NCBI GenBank assembly: GCA_024704765.1
Contig: JAKMXF010000066.1
Span: forward strand, 310,001-374,000
Source: Oopsacas minuta
Taxonomy: Eukaryota; Animalia; Porifera
Direction of reading: 5' to 3'
DNA: 64,000 nucleotides
The position numbers and the translations under genes were made by a program. The notes beneath the pieces are model-generated. The model did no database searches and was not told the DNA's origin. It saw nothing but the letters and a program-made list of their open reading frames with translations. Each line of letters opens with the position of its first letter. Position 1 is the first letter of the stretch. Shown piece after piece: positions 1-10,100 of the stretch.

Positions 1-393
1 TATGAAGCTGGTGACATTCTGTACAGACGAATGAATGGGGTCCTAGGAATGTTCATATATCACTACGGAGTGTTTATCGGCAAAAAAGAAGTAATACAGT
101 TCACGTGTAGTGCGTGTAAAGCTAGTGAGGGTATATTAGAGAAAGTTAGTCTAGATGAATTTCTTGCTGGGGAACTTGAACTAGGGGTAATAACAAAGTT
201 CGAATATGCTACTAAAAATAAGAAAGACATTTGCAGGAAAGCATTCGAGATCTACCAGCTAGATGAGGAGAGGGAAGATTGGTGTGAATATAATTGGAGA
301 AGAAATAATTGTGAACATTTCGCTAACTACTGTGCTACAGGCCATAAGTACTCCAGCCAGTCAAGCTATTTTCTGATCAATTGTGTATTGTAA
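1..393 (+). CDS. LRAT/HRASLS (PLAAT)-family permuted NlpC/P60 acyltransferase/phospholipase, 5'-truncated by the window edge
   Basis: Frame is open from base 1 (YEAGDILYRRMNG...). It has the family motifs GDILYR, YHYGVFIG (H-box) and NNCEHFANYC (catalytic Cys). No introns are visible. Confidence 0.85.
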   Translation, partial: YEAGDILYRRMNGVLGMFIYHYGVFIGKKEVIQFTCSACKASEGILEKVSLDEFLAGELELGVITKFEYATKNKKDICRKAFEIYQLDEEREDWCEYNWRRNNCEHFANYCATGHKYSSQSSYFLINCVL

Positions 394-862
394 TGGTTGA
401 AACGTATACGGTATTTGTTTATGTGTAAATATTTTGTAATTAAATGTTATACGTACAAAATGGGAAAACTGTAACTTGTTGTAGTTAATCATTCTAAACG
501 TTGGTGTGCGAATTGTTACAAATCAATAGTTACATTTATGAATTGAATTAAATAGTGTAATTGCTGATTAGGTACAAATTCCAAGAATTTTATAGTTATT
601 TCCCATTTGACTTTATGGAGCTATACTTTTCATTGAATTTCCCCGAGGTTACACATATCCGTGAATACGTGTTCTATAACTGGAAAAGCACTGACTTTTT
701 CCAGTTCCCAAATATGATCATAATCCTTGAATGATTGTAAAATAATAAAAGTTTGTGGTTTGAGATTTGAAAATAAATAAAATGTATACACTTGAGATAT
801 AGCTGCTATATATATATATACAAATAAAATCAATAAATCAGATGAAAAGCAACAAAAACCGT

Positions 863-3712
863 TCAGGTATCTTCAGAATGAGATTTAGCAATTAAGCCTA
901 AAATATATTTCTGTAAGCCAATAAACACAATCTCAACTACACTAGATAACCCCATTAAGTCAGTAGCTACGAATGGTAACACAGTACTACTGATTTGATG
1001 CAAATAACAAAGATTAAATTTTTCAGAATGACCCTCAATTTGACTACAAACATATCCAGATGATATAACCTGTCCTCTCTCGTAAGATGGGTCTAGCGGG
1101 ATCAAATCTAGCTCTACAGAGCTAAATGCTATAGCATATGGATCTAAACTAGTGGATATTATGGGAGATCGTTTTGAGGCTAAAAGAACGAAATCTCTAA
1201 TTTTCTCACTGTGATCTAATGGCTTCATTATAAGTCTTACTATGACGTCATCATTAGTTATAGATTTAACAGTATCAGCTGATATACATAGCTTATCCCA
1301 TGTCTTCCTATCTTCAAGGAGAGATTGTTGTAACAGTTTAAATCCTGTCTCTGAATCTACACCTGCTATCTCTCCTTCACATTTCAGAGCAAAGAATTGA
1401 CTATCTTCATATTGATATAGAGTACAGGATCTGTTCTCATTGCTGTCAGATTTCTGCCAACCTACAACACAATTAAAAAGCATATTATCCTGTAATATTC
1501 GTTAATAACGTAAAAGTGGGGGTTAATTAAGCCATTCTTAGCCCACATCCTACAGCCTTGTAACATACAGCATTTCTAATAAACATAATAAATACTAACC
1601 AGTTAGAGTGTATAGCTTCATGAGGCTAGAAATATTCCCATATACAAGTGGCAGGAATTGATCTTTACTTGAAGGATCCAATAACGGTATCTTCTTATCA
1701 TTAACAAAAGTTCTTCTATCCAATCTCAAATGATATCTACCATAAGCTTCTGCAGCTCTCCTCTTCTCTATCTCCGTAGCAGGAGTTAGTTTAGGTAAGT
1801 TAATAAGGTTAAAATCTTCATCTCTCACTCCCAGATAGAAATAAGCAGATGATATATGTCTTTCTTCCTCATTTATTTTGTAAGCAGTCAGCCGTATCCC
1901 TACCTCCATACTCTTGTTGAATACGTTATTGACTGATGCTCTGAGACGAACTCTGTCACCCACACGGGATGGAGCTCTGAAGTGAATACTGTCCACAGCT
2001 AGTAAATAGAGAATATCGATAATTCCTTATACTCTATATAGCTACAATCTATATGATTGCTTTAACAATGAACTCTCATAATATGGGACACCGATATTTA
2101 TTGGAATGCTCGCTTATTACGAAGTCTAAAATTGCACGTATGTATGGCCCAAACCGAGTTACATAAATTATATAGGGTATATCGAAGTAATTATCGCAGT
2201 CCCTTGAGCTTCAATATAACGGGGAGTTGACTGTATACTATTTGTATTTACCCAGCAGAACAGGAGGTTTGTGTGCAAAGCGTAGTGCTGCTATCATAGC
2301 AGTAGAAGCCATCCACTCCATTAGCTGACCTCCAAACGTAGTACCGTGATGATTAGTATAACTAGGTACTACAACCTTGACTGTCTCAGCATAGGTGGGA
2401 GGAGATGTGTCAGATTGTATTAGACCGGGAGAAGAGTGGGGTTGATGTACTAGTTTCTTCTCTTGGATTGATACCTAGGGGAATAGGTATGTCATATTAT
2501 ATTTCCTCATTTGTTATTTCGCATACTATTAATAAGAACTTGTTTCAGCTCCACATGGTATCCATCTAAGCATGCGGGTTGGCGGCCTTCATGATTATTA
2601 TCTGAATATTTCATTAAGTTGACTTACCATGATACAAAGTAGCCAAATACATGGAAAATCTTCAATTACATACTCTACTTCCAAATATGTTATGTAAGGA
2701 GGTCTATGATTATAAATCACTACTATTCACCCGTTAGTTTGTCATTATATCGTATTAATTTTTACTGAGAAAATGGTGAATTAATGACAATATTCATGCG
2801 GTAGGTAATCTTGATGCGGGCAGTGGAGTTGAAACAAGTTTCCAACTAACAGTGGAAAAGTATTAAGAAATATAATTAATTCACCTTTCTAGTAAGCCTA
2901 CTCCTCCTCCTTTCAGAAGCTAGAAGGAATTCCTTTAGCTCAATAGGAGTGTTAGGGTATACTGGAGGTAATGGCAGCTTCCCTCCCTGATCACTCTGCA
3001 CTACGTAAGTGAAGTATGCTCTACACACTCTCTGCTTCATACCAGTACATGCGTCTTCTACCTCCACACTGGTGCTTACCTCCATGCTTGTGGTGAATGC
3101 ACGTGATACCTGAATGAAGAAAATCAATTAATTTACCATAATAGTATTTAGTAGCCTTTAATGTACAGTAGACACCATTAGCCACACTTTATATATATGG
3201 CAAAAACGTAGTTGAGGCTGTGATTTCTCTGAATATAGGTATTGTTACTGCCCATACCGGTTATTCACTGTTCCCTGCTCATACCAGTGACTCCATTAAC
3301 TGAGACCGAGTACTGTCCCATATGTTAACCAACGTTTAAATTTGCAGAAACAACTTTGATAAAGTTAATTTACCTTAGCTGTGAAGTGCACTATGTCCCC
3401 TGCTTTAACTGTATTCTCAAAAATAAGGTCATCTAATGTAACAGTTACACACGGTTTCCTAGCATGTTTCTCTGCACTCAAACAGGAAGCTATGTCTAAG
3501 AGCTTTAATATAATTCCAGCTTCTACTTCAAGGTTAGATCCTACCTGTGTAGGAATCAGCTCCTGCATTGATACTAGGGTATCATTCTTCTGATGGTCAT
3601 CAAGGGATGATAGAGAGGAGTGAGGGTTACGGGATAGAATACGGGTAGATGTAGTAGGGACACTGTGTGTGACGTCAGAGATACCTTTGTTGTGAGATAA
3701 TTCACTAGCCAT
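863..3712 (-). CDS. ACOT11/12: Acyl-CoA thioesterase with two hotdog domains plus a START domain (ACOT11/ACOT12-like); exons 3374-3712, 2885-3109, 2252-2474, 1600-1998, 863-1461
   Basis: Hotdog 1: LKLLDIASCLSAEKHARKPCVTVTLDDLIFE...AK|VSRAFTTSMEV. Hotdog 2: NHHGTTFGGQLMEWM...AVDSIHFRAPSRVGDRV. START: YGNISSLMKL...GWQK...DRKTWDKL...RDFVLLAS. All four GT-AG junctions are phase-compatible. Confidence 0.9.
2045..2233. mobile_element. Tc1/pogo(Tigger)-type MITE, family 1 (ends CAGTCAACTCC...GGAGTTGACTG), degenerate left end
   Basis: Right end GGGGAGTTGACTG|TA and internal TCGAAGTAATTATCGCAGTCCCTTGAGCTTCAATATAAC match the copy at 50673-50846. It lies in an ACOT intron. Confidence 0.7.
2524..2854. 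mobile_element. ~330 bp non-autonomous TIR element (copy 1; copy 2 at 24043-24372)
   Basis: GAACTTGTTTCAGCTCCAC at the left is an inverted repeat of GTGGAGTTGAAACAAGTTTC at the right. Internal blocks (CCAAATACATGGAAAA, ACTGAGAAAATGGTGAA, GAAACAAGTTTCCAACTAACAGT) are shared with 24043-24372. Confidence 0.65.
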
Positions 3713-4173
3713 CTTAAATAATTAGTATAAATTCGTAGTTTTAAGATTTGCAATATATATCTCATTCTGTATTATTAAATGCAAAATTGTGTTTCTATTT
3801 GTGCTGCTTTTAAATTCCATGTTTATATCCAAAACTTAAAAATATGAACAGAACTTCAATACCCCACCCATGCCTTTCAAAAGTACTATTACTCATTTAT
3901 TAAGAAGCTCAAATATGGCTTTCAGCATGTGCTTTATAAGTCTAAAATTGCAATTTGTTTGTTTGTCTCTACGAGTTGCACCCTATCCACCAATTCATAG
4001 AGTCCCTGAATTAATAATTTAAATACTAAAAATAATACAACTCGACTAGTAAAAACGCATACAAATCAAAATCTTGTTAAGGCCACAAACAAGATATAAA
4101 GCTACGTTACAATTTACAACTTTAAATATGCAAAACTTAGAAATTATCAACTCAAAACAAAAAATAATTATAA

Positions 4174-5307
4174 TCAAAATATCTGTAAACAGTTTTCATC
4201 TTTCTCGCATACAACTATAATCCCTCCCGTGGCATCTATTGCTATACCAAATGGATAAGAGAATTCTCCTACTTCCTGACCCTCCTTTCCAATCACATGT
4301 ATCTGTTCTCCCTCCTGATTAAACACATATACACAGTGACTGTGATAATCACTTAGAATAATATTAAACATTCTATCTACATCGAAATAATAAGAACTCT
4401 CAATTTGCTTGCCATCACCTCGTGATATGAGTCTGTTCAGTAGAGTATGATCTGAATTAAACACGAACATACACAAATCGCTACAATCTAACACAAACAC
4501 CTTGTTTCGTTTAGTTTTGACGTCACGTGGTGATTTAAACAAGCCTTCACCAAAAGTTGAATGGAAAACAAGGTATTGTGTAAATACCTGTACTCTATGG
4601 TTATACCTGTCACAAATATAAATATTATTTGTTTGGGAAAATGTTGTTATGCCTAGAGGAGAATTGAACTGTCCTTCTCCATTTCCTTTACGACCAACAT
4701 TATCAATGAATTTCCCTTCTAAGTTATATGCAGTAAAATAATGTCCTTCATTTTGTGTGACATATACTCTATCTTGTCCAATGCAAATACCTCTAGGCAA
4801 ATTCATTTGATTGCTGAACATGAACAGGTATATGAGACTACGCGTGAATACTTGTACTCTGTCGTTATCCCTATCTACTACATATATATTACCAGTCTTT
4901 CGATGCACAGCTAAGCATCGGGGTGAGTTAAATTCACCAGAACGCTTTGAGGTAGAATTCTTGCAGCTGTAAACAATTGGAACCTGTTTAGACTTATAAT
5001 CAGGAATAATAGGTTTTGCCTGTGATACATGAGACGGTTTCGGCAGACAAACTTTAATAGAACCTAAATTTGTTATTTTACTTTCAAATAATGGATCAAA
5101 TGCAAATTCGATTGACTGCTCAATTTCTTTGTTAGATTTATCAATAAAATAATTCTTGTATACAGATTCTATTTCTTCGAGACGGGAGAGAAGCATGTTC
5201 TCCCTCTCTATGAGAGCTTTGTGTGAACATTGGAAGCTGTATTGGATACGTTTTCGTGTTTGTTCTACTTCATTTGTGAAAGTTGTTTTCAACTCAATAC
5301 TAGCCAT
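4174..5307 (-). CDS. Intronless coiled-coil + NHL-repeat beta-propeller protein (TRIM-NHL-like, no RING or B-box)
   Basis: 377-aa ORF. NHL repeats FNSPRCLAV...YVVDRDNDRVQVF, FNSPLGIT...YICDRYNHRVQVF and FSYPFGIAID. The helical N-terminus has no Cys/His zinc-ligand pattern. Confidence 0.9.
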   Translation of the reverse strand: MASIELKTTFTNEVEQTRKRIQYSFQCSHKALIERENMLLSRLEEIESVYKNYFIDKSNKEIEQSIEFAFDPLFESKITNLGSIKVCLPKPSHVSQAKPIIPDYKSKQVPIVYSCKNSTSKRSGEFNSPRCLAVHRKTGNIYVVDRDNDRVQVFTRSLIYLFMFSNQMNLPRGICIGQDRVYVTQNEGHYFTAYNLEGKFIDNVGRKGNGEGQFNSPLGITTFSQTNNIYICDRYNHRVQVFTQYLVFHSTFGEGLFKSPRDVKTKRNKVFVLDCSDLCMFVFNSDHTLLNRLISRGDGKQIESSYYFDVDRMFNIILSDYHSHCVYVFNQEGEQIHVIGKEGQEVGEFSYPFGIAIDATGGIIVVCEKDENCLQIF

Positions 5308-5858
5308 TGCGTAATATTAATTCGGTGTAATTATAAATTAGTTGAAAACCAATTTAGTGAACTCAATAGATTCCAAAGATCAGTTAGAAATAATTCCTGA
5401 TAATAATGAATACGCCCTTGAGGGAAATAAGATCCAACTCTAAAGAAGGACAATATATTAGGCTAACTACCAGAATACTACATATAAAGGAAATTACAGC
5501 CACTGTCTGTATAACTACGTATACTAGTAAAAATGAATTCATTCATCTAGGCTGTATTTTCGTCCGGTCTATGACATTGCATCAAACCACCTTGACTTAA
5601 ACACATATACGTACAAATCTTTTATTGTAACAATTGATTAATAAGAGGGCAATTCCGAGTTTAAATCGTTAATTCTTGCAAAAATTGTAAGCAAATGATT
5701 AATGGGAACATAATTAGGTCCCTGGTAGACCCATTTTCCCCAATTTATATACTAAGTAGGATGTTTTAGGCACGTCGCAGATAGTAGGTATACACAACGT
5801 TGTGTGTCACCTTAGTAAGATAAACTTTAATGTCATATTTATACATAGAATAGAAATA

Positions 5859-6308
5859 ATGGGAGCAAGTCAAAGCGCAGGGACTAGTTCCACACCAACT
5901 TCAGGAAGCTCAAATTTGGAAACATCGCAATATACACGTGGAGACATACTCTACAGATATTTAGGTGGCATTGCTGGATTGACATTTTTGTATCATTATG
6001 GTGTGTATCTAGGTAAAAATGAAGTAATTCATTTTACACAGGGTAATAATAATGAAGGTTTGGTAGAGAGGGTCAGTCTCGAAGTATTTGCTAATGGGAA
6101 AGAGGTACGGGTTGAAACAGATTTTGGCCCATATAATGGCAGGAGATGTTCAGGCAGTGCAACTGCGGAAAAAGCCTCAAATATTTTCTATGAAGATGAC
6201 CCAGATTGGATAATATATGATAGGAATAACAGAAATTGCGAACATTTTACATCATATTGCGCAACTGGTGTAAAATACTCTAAACAAGCAAGAACGACGA
6301 CAAATTAA
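5859..6308 (+). CDS. LRAT/HRASLS (PLAAT)-family protein, catalytic residues intact, predicted N-myristoylated
   Basis: The ATG at 5859 gives MGASQS (MGxxxS). Motifs RGDILYR, YHYGVYLG, VIHFT and RNCEHFTSYC are present. Intronless. Confidence 0.88.
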   Translation: MGASQSAGTSSTPTSGSSNLETSQYTRGDILYRYLGGIAGLTFLYHYGVYLGKNEVIHFTQGNNNEGLVERVSLEVFANGKEVRVETDFGPYNGRRCSGSATAEKASNIFYEDDPDWIIYDRNNRNCEHFTSYCATGVKYSKQARTTTN

Positions 6309-7145
6309 ACTATTTTATTGTAGAACAATGATTAGATACTAAGTATTTCTTAAAAAGTTAATTTTTCCTCTTATATCTTGTGTATATGAAACTACTAAAC
6401 CAATTATTAAATATAATTATATACATTGAGTTCTAGAGGGCTCAATCAACAAGCTACTAATTAAATAGCCAATAAGCGACTTCATGGAAATTATATTTTG
6501 GGTTCTACCATCCTTCATGATATACGAAACGTTTTCCAGAATTTCTTACACTTGGACTCCTAAATCAAAATTTTGGGCTCAAATACCCCAAAACTCCCAA
6601 TATTTACCCAGTCAAGATATTGAAAGATTATCTCGATCTATTTTTGAATTAACGATGAAAGGTATGAAAAACATGACTCCAGGAGCCAGGGCGAAATCCC
6701 AGATTGTACTTATATGGTTATTGTCATATTAACAGCTCTACTGGTCGTACATCAACCTTTGCCGTTATGGACTTATGACATACCTATATTGATAGGTGAC
6801 TCACAAATTCATTCAAATACAAATAGAATCTATTATTAGAAAACAAATTGAATGTCTTAATGTACAACAAATATTATTAGCACAGAAGAAACTAACAAGA
6901 AACATGTACGAAAGTTAAATGTAGGACTAATACAGATAATTAGACAGCAAAACTGTCATTAAAACTAATAATACACGCATAAATAAGTGTGTGTGTTTAT
7001 ATAAATCAAGTTTTTATTGTGGAAGTATATTTACACTCTCTGAGGGGTGAGCTTGTGTTGAGTGGATTCAAGTGGGGTGAGGTGGGTGAGTTCTGTCACC
7101 AATTCAAAATACATAACAAACACATTCATGATGATAGCAAGTCTT

Positions 7146-10100
7146 CTATCTTTTGGATAATTCTTTACGGATTTCTGTAGAATGTAACACAAATAATTTA
7201 GTTGTAAATATCAGTAAAAGTAATATTTATGACATTTAGTATGTACAAAAAGTTTTTTCGTTTTAGTTATCCTCTGTTCAGGCGGTTCCCACGAATTTTC
7301 ACCAATGGACTCTATACTAACTTTAACACATTTTGTGGACACTCCCATAGACGTAGCAATAATTTTCGCATACATGCATATATAAACTTCAAACTTATAT
7401 AGGCCATTAAAAATTCAGGGCAACTTGTGAGTAATTTGTGAGAATAATATTATACAATGAAAAACGCGTAATTATGGTGTAGATGTGGCAGGCCATATTA
7501 GTGACAGTTCATCTACTATTACTTACCTGTTAGAATATCCTGTTTAGTTCTCTCTAATTCTATCTTGATATCTCTCATTATTTCCTAAGTATAAATAGTA
7601 TAAATTGAATTATAATTATTAAAATCTAGGAAATATATTACAAACCGATTTCATTGTTTGTAGATCTTTCGCTGTAATTGTAACTTCAGTCTTAGTTGGA
7701 GTTCTAAGGTAAGAAAGTTTGTAAACAATATTAAAACAATAACAACAGTATCACTTACTGTTTATTCTTGAATAAGGAATCCTGCTTTGTTACTTCTTTC
7801 TTTTCATTTGCTATAAAGATAAATTACATAAAAGAATTAAATTAGGAAAGTGCCCAATGCAAATACCTTGTGTAAGTATAAAGTACGTACTTAGAAAACA
7901 AATATGCTAAAATGTATTACGTATGTCAAAAAGTCTAATCTGATTGGTTTAACTTTAAACAGAAAAAGGTATGAAAATATTCACATAGAAAATTATATAC
8001 CCGAGGTGTATATCTAAAAAATGTACCCACTTGCCAATTTTAAGTAAATCGGACCACTAGATTTCTCAGGAACACGCGAACGGACGGACTTCGCATATCA
8101 TCCATGCCAAAATAGCATCTCCCTATAGGAGCTGTGCGAATATACAGATTAAGCTAGTATACTATATAATCTACTAAATAACTCACAAGTAAATGATTGG
8201 TTAGCTTTTGCTGGTGCAGGATTAGGAGAAATATTTCTATTGCTGGTGGGGTATGGAGAAGTAGGAGTTGGAGTACGATTTACATCCTAAGAAAGCATAT
8301 AAGTATATATTAGGTGGTATAATAGTCATTATCTAGGCGGGAGTATGGTCTCATATATACACATAAATACCAATTACGGCTAATGGCCATTGTACACAGT
8401 TTTGCCTGCTGTTGTGTATAATTTCCGATTATAGAATATTCATGAATTTTAAACAAACGAGTGCTACCGAGAAAATAAAGAGACACGTAACTAAATACAA
8501 TGGATGCGAAATATAATCATTCTTTGAATTCAAAATTGTATAAATTTGATTTGAATACTAATCTAACCTCTTTAGTAGCTCCAGAACGATTTTTCCTAGA
8601 AGATTTATAAAATACATTATTGCATATATTCTGTAATAATTCAGATTATATATCAACGTACATAGATTCAAATCTCTTCTGTATTTCATCCATGAGGTTA
8701 TTATTCTGTCCTCCCTTTTGTGAACCAGTCTAAATACAAATAATAATAATACATTAATAGAATTATTATAATATAAGTAAGATAACAAACTGATAGAAAT
8801 TCAGTATAGTCAACTCCTGTTATTTAGAAATCTTAACTGACAAATATGGTCCCAAAATTTCATCGGTCAGATCGAACTCTGCCTTATAGTTTATTTATCG
8901 CGGTATCTTGTGCTTCAATATAACTGGTGTTGAGTGTATATGCTCGGATAATTAGTATGAATATAGATGGTTTCCTGTTCTAAAGAAGAACGTAGATAAA
9001 ACTTACTCTAGATTTAGTTTGAGAAATTGTTGCTGAGCTCTGTGTTACAACCTTTTGTTTATGACCACCTGCTCCTCCTTTATGGAAACTAGCTACAATG
9101 ATTATAATTTGTAATACACGTGAATCTAGCTATTAAATAGTAAATACACACAATAAATTGTTGTTGTTGAAAACAAAAGATTGATCGTAAACAGGATTAA
9201 ATGAAGCTCATAGCTGTAGTGACAATTGGTGAAACTACTAAGTACATACAAAGACACAATGAAGCCAACAAGACAGTATAACTTATTTGGGTTCTCTCAA
9301 AAGATAAAATGTTATCCTACCGCGGGAGATCGATACTTATTTGGCATCAGTCTCTATAATATATAAAGTACGTATATCTGTACACGGTATGAGATTACAG
9401 TATTGGATTTTTCGACGAAATTCAAAGTAATTCCATATATGGTATATACGTAGTTACTAGTTACCTGGCATATCTGGAGGAGGAGATGGAATGTTGTACG
9501 CTGGAGAGGGAGATCTTGGAGGTTCGATTATCTAAGGTTAATAAAATATACGTAAAACTTAAGTTATATTCTTTCATAGCAATTGCGATTGTTATCAACT
9601 CGGTTAATACGTATAAATCTTATCCGAGTTCTATTGTATATGATAAGCAAATATTATGACGTCACCTCTAAATTATCCTGTATCTGCTCTTCATACTGAG
9701 ATGCAGATTGTTTAGAAAGTGGAGGAGGAGGAGGATATATAGGCAATTCCGATTTAATAGGATTTTGGTACTTTAACTGAACACCAAAAGTATTCCCTAC
9801 ACTCGTAACAGGTTCTATATCCTCATGTGTTTCTTTCTTAACAAAACCTTTAGGAGGAGGACTAGACTTGAATTTACTCTCCATATCATCTTGTACTTTC
9901 TTCTCCATTGCTCTCATATCATCTAATTCTCTCTGTTTCTCAGCTACTGCTTCTTCTAACCGTCTCTCTTGTTCAGCTAGACGTAATTTCTCGTCTTCAT
10001 CTTCCTTCTTACGTTGTAGATTTAATTTCCTCTGTAACTCTTCTTGATCTCTCCTCTCTTGTTCCAACCGTGCTTTCTCTTCTTTCCTAGCAACGGAAAC

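Noticed and set aside
370-393. C-terminal CVL of LRAT copy 1 as a CaaX prenylation signal
   Set aside because: The Cys is third from the end, not fourth.
630-833. Minus-strand ORF next to ACOT as a possible extra exon
   Set aside because: The START domain already ends naturally at the stop at 863. This ORF is AT-rich with no motif and is probably 3' UTR.
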